Source of the DNA: a bacterium
GTDB taxonomy: Bacteria > Patescibacteriota > Patescibacteriia > UBA2169
Assembly (NCBI GenBank): GCA_002687895.1
Contig: NZBL01000003.1
Span: 20,821 to 84,820, forward strand
Direction of reading: 5' to 3'
DNA length: 64,000 bases
Below the pieces are notes generated by a model. The model saw nothing but the letters and a program-made list of their open reading frames with translations. It had not been told where the DNA came from and did not search any database. This document shows, piece by piece, positions 56,925 to 64,000 of the stretch (position 1 is the stretch's first letter; every line of letters begins with the position of its first letter). Both the position numbers and the translations under genes were made by a program.

Positions 56925-57049
56925 AAATCTATAATACAACATTTTTATGATTTAGTCTACTTAACTTATAATAACGCGTATTTTAAAGCTCTTGTGTTAA
57001 ATCATTAGTTTCTGTTATAATAAACTAGTTACTATAGAGCAAAAATAAA

Positions 57050-58834
57050 ATGCTTTCTGATAAAAAAACAAAAGAAATTCTTGAAAAAAATAATCTTCTT
57101 GAGCCAGAGCAAATCAAGGAATTTTCACAAAAGGCAGAAAAGAAAAATCAACAGCTAGATGTCTTCTTAATCGCGGGCAATGTGATTACAGAAGATATTT
57201 TGTACAACGCTGTCGCAACAAGCCATGACCTGCCTTTTGTAAACCTTAAAGACAAGGCCATCAACCAAGATGTGCTTTTTTTAATTCCAGAACCAATAGC
57301 AAGCACATACCATATAATTGCTTTTGAAAAAACAGATAAAGAACTAAGCGTGGCAATGATAGATCCAGATGATGTGCAGACAATTGAATTTATAAAAAGA
57401 AAAGTAAACCTTCCAGTAAAAATATACATTTCTACTCCAGGAGCCATAAAAGACGCGGCCAAAGCATATCATAAAAGCTTGGAAACAGAGCTTAAGTCAA
57501 TTAATAAAAAAACAAATGTAAGGGTTTCAGCAGTGGTAAAAGGAGGTGAAAAAGGTAAAAAGCAGTCCCAGCTTCAAGATCTAGCCCAAGATGTTCCAGT
57601 AATCAGAGTTGTGGACACTTTGCTTGAATACGCGATTTTTGAAGGAGCAAGCGACATACACATAGAGCCAGCGGAAAAATCCGTAATAGTCAGATTTAGA
57701 ATAGACGGAATATTAAGAGAAGTAATGAATCTGCCTAAAAAGCTGCAAGACGGCATATTAGCACGCATAAAAATACTTTCCAATTTAAAGCTGGATGAAC
57801 ACAGGCTTCCCCAAGACGGCAGATTTAAAATTGAGACTAAAGAATATAAAATTTCATTCCGCGTGTCTATTTTGCCGGTATTTGACGGCGAAAAAGCTGT
57901 AATGCGCCTGCTTGATGAAGGCAAAAAAATCCTTGATTTAGAAGAGCTTGGACTAAACAGCCAATCCTTGAAAATTGTTAAGCAGAATCTTGCTAAGCCT
58001 CATGGAATGATTTTAGTAACAGGCCCAACAGGCTCTGGTAAAACCACAACATTATACACAATGGTAAACCTGCTAAATACCACTAAAGTGAACATCGCGA
58101 CTGTGGAAGACCCTATTGAATATCGAATGTCCAAAATCAACCAATCCCAGGTTAACCCAAAAATTGAATTCACTTTCGCCAAAGGCTTAAGAGCGCTTTT
58201 GCGCCAAGATCCAGACATAATAATGGTAGGAGAAATCAGAGACAAGGAAACAGCGTCAATCGCAATAAATGCGGCAATGACAGGACATCTTGTGCTTTCT
58301 ACTCTGCATACAAACGACGCTCCAACTACTCTTCCAAGGCTTTTAGATATGGGCATTGAGCCTTTCCTTGTAAGCTCAACAGTTAACATGATTTTAGCGC
58401 AAAGGCTTGTGCGCAAGCTGTGCCAGCAGTGCATTTCAAGCTACAACCTTACTGCCCAAGAAGTAGAACAGATGAATAAAGACCATGGAATAAATATAGA
58501 AAATCTTACAAAAATGCTTTCTAAAGCAGAAACTTCCAAAGAAAAAACTCCTAAAGCTTCCGCGCAAAACAGGGATCTTTCATCTATATTATTTTTTAAG
58601 GGAAAAGGATGCAATAAATGCGGAAACTTAGGATATAAAGGAAGAATTGGAATATATGAAGTGCTTGATATGACAGAAGAAATCAAGCACTTGGTAGCCT
58701 CGCGAGCTACAGCAGATGATATACTCGCAAAAGCGCGCGAAAATGGAATGCTAAGCATGCTGGAAGATGGATTCTTAAAAGCTAAATCAGGAATTACAAG
58801 CATAGAAGAATTATTAAGAGTAATAAAGGAGTAA
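57050..58834 (+). CDS. pilB: Type IV pilus assembly ATPase PilB/GspE
   Basis: ASDIHIEP, RLPQDGR, GPTGSGKTTT, LRQDPD, GHLVLSTLHTN, Zn-binding CxxC pairs; TGTTATAAT at 57013-57021. Confidence 0.95.
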   Translation: MLSDKKTKEILEKNNLLEPEQIKEFSQKAEKKNQQLDVFLIAGNVITEDILYNAVATSHDLPFVNLKDKAINQDVLFLIPEPIASTYHIIAFEKTDKELSVAMIDPDDVQTIEFIKRKVNLPVKIYISTPGAIKDAAKAYHKSLETELKSINKKTNVRVSAVVKGGEKGKKQSQLQDLAQDVPVIRVVDTLLEYAIFEGASDIHIEPAEKSVIVRFRIDGILREVMNLPKKLQDGILARIKILSNLKLDEHRLPQDGRFKIETKEYKISFRVSILPVFDGEKAVMRLLDEGKKILDLEELGLNSQSLKIVKQNLAKPHGMILVTGPTGSGKTTTLYTMVNLLNTTKVNIATVEDPIEYRMSKINQSQVNPKIEFTFAKGLRALLRQDPDIIMVGEIRDKETASIAINAAMTGHLVLSTLHTNDAPTTLPRLLDMGIEPFLVSSTVNMILAQRLVRKLCQQCISSYNLTAQEVEQMNKDHGINIENLTKMLSKAETSKEKTPKASAQNRDLSSILFFKGKGCNKCGNLGYKGRIGIYEVLDMTEEIKHLVASRATADDILAKARENGMLSMLEDGFLKAKSGITSIEELLRVIKE

Positions 58835-58847
58835 GCATAATTCATAC

Positions 58848-60032
58848 ATGCCAATATCAACAACTAATGCCAAACCAAAAACTCTGAATAATGAGCATGG
58901 TTCTAATAGTTCTGATAATTTTAATGCTCTTGAAAAAAAACTGCTAAATCCAGATGGAATAAACCAAAAATTTGATCTTTTATTTGATGTAATAAGATCT
59001 GTTCCAGCAGATGAAAAAATTTTTTTCACGCAGAACTTCGGAGTAATGCTCAAGAGCGGGCTTGCTGCTGCGCGATCTTTAAGAACGCTTACTTTGCAGG
59101 CTAACAACCCCAAATTCGCCAGAACCCTGGCAAAAATTACAAGAGATGTGGAAAAAGGCCTGCCAATCGCGGATTCCATGGGAAAATACCCAAAAGTATT
59201 TTCTCCGATATTCGTGAACATGGTGCGGGCCGGAGAAAAATCAGGACAGCTTGAGCCTGTTCTGCAGGAGCTGACTCGCCAGCTTAAGCGCAGCCACCAG
59301 CTTAAACAAAAAGTAAAAGGCGCTTTAATGTATCCAATTGTTATTCTTGTGGCAATGGTAGCTATTGGAACTGGCATGGTGCTGTTTATCATTCCAAAGC
59401 TTCTTACAATTTTCACGGAAATGAGCGTGGATCTGCCCATAGCAACTAGAATATTGATTTATATTTCTACCTTGATAAATAATAATATATTTATTGTAGC
59501 GCCTATAGTTATATTAGGCTCTGGATTTCTTGTGTATATAACAAGAAAAGGCCCAGGCCAGCGCATTTGGCATAAAATAATCCTTAAAATGCCTATTGTA
59601 AAAAAAATAGCAATTAAAATAAATCTAGCTAAAATATCAAGAACCTTAAGCTCACTTCTCGCAACTGACATGCCTATTGTAGACAGCTTAAAGCTTTCTT
59701 CTAATGTCATAAAAAACATGGAATACAGAGCATCTTTATTGGAAATAGCGTCTAAAGTGGAAAAAGGAGAAACCATTTCCAGCCATTTAGCAAGATACGA
59801 AAAACTCTACCCTCCTGTTGTTCAGCAAATGATGCAGGTTGGAGAAGAAACAGGAGAAATATCCAACATACTTAACCAGCTTGCGGAATTTTACGAGGAA
59901 GATGTTCGCCAAACAATGGAATCTTTACCAACTATTATTGAGCCTGTGCTGATCATTCTTTTAGGAGGCGCTGTTGGCGGCATGGCAATAGCGGTTATTA
60001 CGCCTATGTTCTCTTTGGCTAATGCTGTTTAA
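58848..60032 (+). CDS. pilC: Type IV pilus platform protein PilC/GspF
   Basis: AGEKSGQL, ALMYP, VGEETG, IEP motifs. Confidence 0.93.
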   Translation: MPISTTNAKPKTLNNEHGSNSSDNFNALEKKLLNPDGINQKFDLLFDVIRSVPADEKIFFTQNFGVMLKSGLAAARSLRTLTLQANNPKFARTLAKITRDVEKGLPIADSMGKYPKVFSPIFVNMVRAGEKSGQLEPVLQELTRQLKRSHQLKQKVKGALMYPIVILVAMVAIGTGMVLFIIPKLLTIFTEMSVDLPIATRILIYISTLINNNIFIVAPIVILGSGFLVYITRKGPGQRIWHKIILKMPIVKKIAIKINLAKISRTLSSLLATDMPIVDSLKLSSNVIKNMEYRASLLEIASKVEKGETISSHLARYEKLYPPVVQQMMQVGEETGEISNILNQLAEFYEEDVRQTMESLPTIIEPVLIILLGGAVGGMAIAVITPMFSLANAV

Positions 60033-60036
60033 TAAA

Positions 60037-60480
60037 ATGAAAAAATATATTAATAAGTTAAATGCGCTCACATTAATAGAGCTCATAACCGTGATTGCAA
60101 TCATAGGCATTTTAGCAACAATTAGTGCTGGGTTTATAAAAATCTATCAGCCAAATATCCAACTCATAGGTGCAAATAGAACCTTAAAAGCAAACATCGA
60201 GCATGCGCGCAGCCAAACAGTGGCCCAGCAGCAAACATTTGGCATACACTTTTCGATTTCGCAAGATACTTATGAACTAAGAAAACTAGGAGCAACAATA
60301 GAAACATACTCTTTGCCGCAATCAATCACCTTTTCAAGTATTGGGCCGTTTACTGATGATTTTGTAAGCTTTAACAAAGCAGGGGCAGCAAGCGAATCAG
60401 GAAGTATTGTACTCCAAAATATAAGAGGAGACACCAAAACAGTAACCATCAACCCATCTGGATATGTTCAGTCAAATTAA
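60037..60480 (+). CDS. Minor pilin (FimT/GspH-like)
   Basis: Prepilin-like NA/LTLIELITVIAIIGILA; ARSQ, FNKAG. Confidence 0.85.
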   Translation: MKKYINKLNALTLIELITVIAIIGILATISAGFIKIYQPNIQLIGANRTLKANIEHARSQTVAQQQTFGIHFSISQDTYELRKLGATIETYSLPQSITFSSIGPFTDDFVSFNKAGAASESGSIVLQNIRGDTKTVTINPSGYVQSN

Positions 60481-60895
60481 AAACAACAAACAAGGAATAA
60501 GCTTAATTGAAATTATTATTAGTATTTCTGTTCTTGCTATTGGCATTTTAGGATTGCTTCAGGCTTTTCCGCGCGGAGTTGCAACCCAAAGGACCATTGA
60601 GCTTGAAACAATTGGCAACCATTTAGCCCAAGAAAAATTTGAAGAATTTGCAGCTCTGACTTATGAAGATATTGCAACTGGAACACTTGAAAACCAAGTT
60701 CGCATGTCTAGTGACCAAGGCGACCCATTTTATCATTTTAAGCGAACAACAGTCGTAGAGCTTGTTGACCAAGATATGATAGTCACAGGAGGAGACATTG
60801 GACTCAAAAAAATTACCGTGACCTTGAGCTGGCCACGCCCACTTAATGGAGCAACTGATTCGCTTACCATGGTCACACTAGTAAGCAAACGATGA
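60464..60895 (+). CDS. Minor pilin (PilV-like)
   Basis: QG/ISLIEIIISISVLAIG; LAQEKFEE; KKITVTLSW. Confidence 0.85.
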   Translation: MFSQIKNNKQGISLIEIIISISVLAIGILGLLQAFPRGVATQRTIELETIGNHLAQEKFEEFAALTYEDIATGTLENQVRMSSDQGDPFYHFKRTTVVELVDQDMIVTGGDIGLKKITVTLSWPRPLNGATDSLTMVTLVSKR

Positions 60896-60896
60896 T

Positions 60897-61454
60897 ATGA
60901 ATAAAAGAGGTTTTACATTATTTGAAGCATTAATTGCCATTACAGCTGGAGTCACGCTGCTCGGGCTTGTGATGTCTATTTACCTGCTTTCAATTAAGTC
61001 TCTTAGTTTAGGGCAAAATAGAGCTGAGCTAACTCAAGACTCGCGCATTATTATTGAGCGCATAACCCGCGATTTTAGGGAAGCGCGTGATATTGCGACA
61101 ATACTTCCAGAGGACAGCGATGACGTAGAAAATCCTCCGACAAATGATGTGGAATTACAGGATGGACACACTCAAATTCTGCAGTACATTAGATACTATT
61201 TATCTGGAACTGACTTAAAAAGGCAAATTAGGCAATATTCATTTGCATCTGACCCTACTGTGCTAGTGCCTTTTGATGCTGAAGATGATTTTAGCAATCC
61301 TCCTGATCTTGTAATTTTATCAGATAATATAGTGGGTGAATTTGTAAACGATATAGATTATTATGGCGATAATCCGATTTTTATTGAGCTAACCCTTATA
61401 GAAGGAGATATAACACATAAGACCAGAACAACTATTTATGGACGAAACCTGTAA
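60897..61454 (+). CDS. Minor pilin (PilW/GspJ-like)
   Basis: RG/FTLFEALIA; ERITRDFREA. Confidence 0.85.
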   Translation: MNKRGFTLFEALIAITAGVTLLGLVMSIYLLSIKSLSLGQNRAELTQDSRIIIERITRDFREARDIATILPEDSDDVENPPTNDVELQDGHTQILQYIRYYLSGTDLKRQIRQYSFASDPTVLVPFDAEDDFSNPPDLVILSDNIVGEFVNDIDYYGDNPIFIELTLIEGDITHKTRTTIYGRNL

Positions 61455-62658
61455 TCATAATCAATCTGGGTTTCTTTTAATATCATCGTTATTTATTTTA
61501 ACGACCATGATTATTATTGTGAGCTTTTATCTTTCTGCTGTGCTCCTTGAGGTAAAGGTGGCGCAAATAATTGATACTACTCCCCAGGCATATTATCTTG
61601 CAGAATCAGGAATCCAAGAAGCTTTTTGGAAGCTGCAAAATGACGCAGCTTATAAAACAAACTTTGAAACTGATCCAAATTGGTCAACAAGCTTTACTAG
61701 GAATGATTCATTGGTTAGCGGAGGCTCATATAATGTAAGCATACAAAACCAAGATATAGCACGCGCGATTATCACAGCTACAAGCACTATTTCCGTGCGC
61801 GACACTCAAGCGCAAAGAGTGGTTGAGGTAGGAGTTTTTAAAGCAATTAACGATGATCCTATTACAGCCACGACTTTGATAGCTAATAATGATATTAAAG
61901 GAATCGGAAGCAATGTAAGCGTTACTGGAGGCGAAATATTTGCAAATGATGATATTGATCTTGCTTTTTTCAGCACTTGGTCCACAGACCAAACCGCAAA
62001 AGCAGTTCATGAAGTTGATGTTAGCGTATCATCTAACTTAACTGCCACTTTAGGCATTTTTGATGAAGACAATCCTCCTATTCCAAGCACCATTTTAATA
62101 CCAGAAATTGATTTTGACTCAACTGCGACAAGCTCGTATAAATCCTTAGCTAACCAAGTATATACTAGAAGCGAGTTTAGAAATCTGCTTAAAAATTTTC
62201 CAATAACAACGCTTAACGGCATCACATATGTTACTGGCAGCATATATATCAAAAAAGGCCAATTACTTACAATTAACGGCGCGCTTGTAGCTGACGGCTC
62301 TATTGGAGTTGGGAGCGGATTTAGCTTTAGCGGTACGCCAGCTACATTAATAGTTAATAAAGTTGGAGATGACCCATCAGGACTAATCAGTAAAAAAAAT
62401 ATTACTATTGGAGGATTTTCTTCTGATGTGGATATTAATGGATTAGTATATGCAGGAGGAAACTTTATAATAACAGATGGAATTTGGGAAAATGTTGACA
62501 CAGATATTGAAGGAGCAGTTATTGCGCAAGATATAAAAATACTTATGTCATGGGATCCAACCACAATGCTGTTAAACGAAGCATATATACTTGATGCCTT
62601 AGGAGAACCTTTATTTTCTCAAATACTCTTTATTAATCATTGGGAAGAGGAATTCTAA
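61438..62658 (+). CDS. PilX-like minor pilin with beta-rich C-terminal domain
   Basis: SG/FLLISSL; QAYYLAESGIQEA; repeated ING.V/L.A.G.I; ends WEE. Confidence 0.8.
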   Translation: MDETCNHNQSGFLLISSLFILTTMIIIVSFYLSAVLLEVKVAQIIDTTPQAYYLAESGIQEAFWKLQNDAAYKTNFETDPNWSTSFTRNDSLVSGGSYNVSIQNQDIARAIITATSTISVRDTQAQRVVEVGVFKAINDDPITATTLIANNDIKGIGSNVSVTGGEIFANDDIDLAFFSTWSTDQTAKAVHEVDVSVSSNLTATLGIFDEDNPPIPSTILIPEIDFDSTATSSYKSLANQVYTRSEFRNLLKNFPITTLNGITYVTGSIYIKKGQLLTINGALVADGSIGVGSGFSFSGTPATLIVNKVGDDPSGLISKKNITIGGFSSDVDINGLVYAGGNFIITDGIWENVDTDIEGAVIAQDIKILMSWDPTTMLLNEAYILDALGEPLFSQILFINHWEEEF

Positions 62659-62661
62659 TAT

Positions 62662-63717
62662 ATGAAGATATTGACGAATAAATTTGATTTATTTGGACTG
62701 GATATAGGAGACAGATCCCTAAAGCTGGCATATCTTGAGCCAATCGGAAAAAAAGCCATATTAAAAAGCGCAAGCTCTATAGATGTTCCAAAAGGAGTTT
62801 TTGATAAAGGCGCCTTAATTAAGCCGGAAGTTTTTTGCGAAAACTTGACTAAGCTTATTGCAAAATCCGCTCCTAAAAAAATAAGCACAAAATACGTGCA
62901 TGCCTGCCTTCCTGAAACCCATACATTTATCAAGCTTCTTTCCATAGAAACAGGCACGCGAGAGGAGATTTCAGCCCTAATCCGCGAAGAGCTGCCGCGC
63001 CATGTTCCTTTGGATATAAATGAAAGCTATATTGACTGGAATATTGCGCCCAGCGCAAAGCCAAATCCAGGCCAAGTTCAGGTTTTGGTTGGAGCAATAC
63101 CCAAAAAAACATCAGACGCGTACACTAATTCCTTAAAGCATTGCGGACTTGTGCCTGTTTCTCTGCAGATTGAGGCGCAGGCGATTTTGCGCTGCCTTTT
63201 GCCGTTTGAGCCTAAGGCGGAAAACCCTTTTGTTATTATTGATATTGGAGCAACGCGATCCAGCTTTATTTATTATGACTATGGAACAATACAATTCACA
63301 GTAAGCGCGCCTTTTTCCAGCGAAGACATAACAGATATAATATCAAGCCAATTAAGCCTTTCCAAAGAAGACGCGGAAAAAGCAAAAATCAGCATTGGAC
63401 TAGACCCTAAAAAAGGCCAAGCATCTCTTATAAAAATTCTAGATCCAATGATAAAGGAACTTGCGCAATCCATTCAAAAAAACAATTCTTTTTATTTGGA
63501 GCATTTTCCTGGAGCGCGCCCAATTACATCCTTAATGCTGTGCGGAGGCGGATCCCTGCTTTCCGGCCTGCCAGAGCTCTTAGAAAAGGAAATTCCAAAT
63601 ATTAAAATTAGTCTTGGAAACCAAATGCAGCATATACAGGAAAACAAAGATATCAGCCTTAATCTGGCATATACAACCGCGATTGGCTTAGGATTAACCA
63701 ATGTATTTGATTCATGA
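62662..63717 (+). CDS. pilM: Type IV pilus assembly protein PilM
   Basis: FGLDIGDRSLK, IDIGATRS, LCGGGS, AIGLGL. Confidence 0.92.
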   Translation: MKILTNKFDLFGLDIGDRSLKLAYLEPIGKKAILKSASSIDVPKGVFDKGALIKPEVFCENLTKLIAKSAPKKISTKYVHACLPETHTFIKLLSIETGTREEISALIREELPRHVPLDINESYIDWNIAPSAKPNPGQVQVLVGAIPKKTSDAYTNSLKHCGLVPVSLQIEAQAILRCLLPFEPKAENPFVIIDIGATRSSFIYYDYGTIQFTVSAPFSSEDITDIISSQLSLSKEDAEKAKISIGLDPKKGQASLIKILDPMIKELAQSIQKNNSFYLEHFPGARPITSLMLCGGGSLLSGLPELLEKEIPNIKISLGNQMQHIQENKDISLNLAYTTAIGLGLTNVFDS

Positions 63718-64000
63718 AATATACTTATCTAAATCTTATTCCTAAAGACCATAAGCTCCGCTTAAAAAGGGAAAAAATGTTTTATTTGATCCACAGCATT
63801 GTAGGGCTGTTAGTTGTTGTAATAGCAGTCAACGCTGTTCTATTGAGCATTGCCAGATTCATACTTATAAACCACTTTAACCAGCTAAAAGATGAAACTT
63901 CTTTGGTAAATGTAGAGCACAGCATGCTGCAGGATAATATAAAGCAGGTAAACAACAGGATTGAGGACATAGCAGCCATGCAAATGTCACACACTAAGTG
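63714..64000 (+). CDS. PilN-like protein (partial, runs off the window)
   Basis: ATGA overlap with pilM; LNLIP motif, TM helix, coiled coil. Confidence 0.8.
   Translation, partial: MKYTYLNLIPKDHKLRLKREKMFYLIHSIVGLLVVVIAVNAVLLSIARFILINHFNQLKDETSLVNVEHSMLQDNIKQVNNRIEDIAAMQMSHTK

Noticed and set aside
57148-63994. Long antisense ORFs in the pilus cluster (up to 208 aa)
   Set aside because: Antisense shadows of conserved genes with no motifs or expression signals
1-64000. CRISPR array, IS transposase, integron attC array, rRNA, intein or alternative genetic code
   Set aside because: No regularly spaced direct repeats, transposase, integrase or intein motifs seen; TGA terminates several clear genes (e.g. 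pilM, lysS), consistent with code 11

Overview
AT-rich chromosomal segment of a Patescibacteria/CPR (Parcubacteria-like) bacterium using the standard code. The core backbone comprises cell division and cell wall genes (ftsB-like, ftsEX, ftsQ, ddl, alr, mreBCD-mrdA, a second mreB, murC/G/D, ftsW, mraY), translation and transcription genes (fmt, def, gltX, lysS, greA, frr, infA-rpmJ-rpsM-rpsK-rpsD-rpoA-rplQ-rplM-rpsI), three tRNAs, a surface-glycan cluster (GT2 x4, GT4, flippase, O-antigen ligase-like, DUF4012) and the start of a type IV pilus cluster. The unusual content lies between core genes. (1) At 33.3-33.4 kb there is a complete ribosome-mediated transcription attenuator whose leader peptide ends in six Ser codons and which precedes two unknown mini-genes; back-to-back with it is a Phe-rich leader in front of a prephenate dehydratase-like gene. 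(2) Small inserted units recur, built as promoter, boxA-like motif, strong Shine-Dalgarno, short ORF and terminator, whereas most core genes lack an SD; many of these units are decaying or fused to core-gene ends. Other oddities are a WecG/TagA-RppH-like Nudix fusion behind a putative type II toxin-antitoxin pair, RpoA without an alpha-CTD, IF-1 with a long N-terminal extension, a degenerate PriA and several palindromic elements. All calls come from reading the sequence and recognising motifs; no database searches were run.
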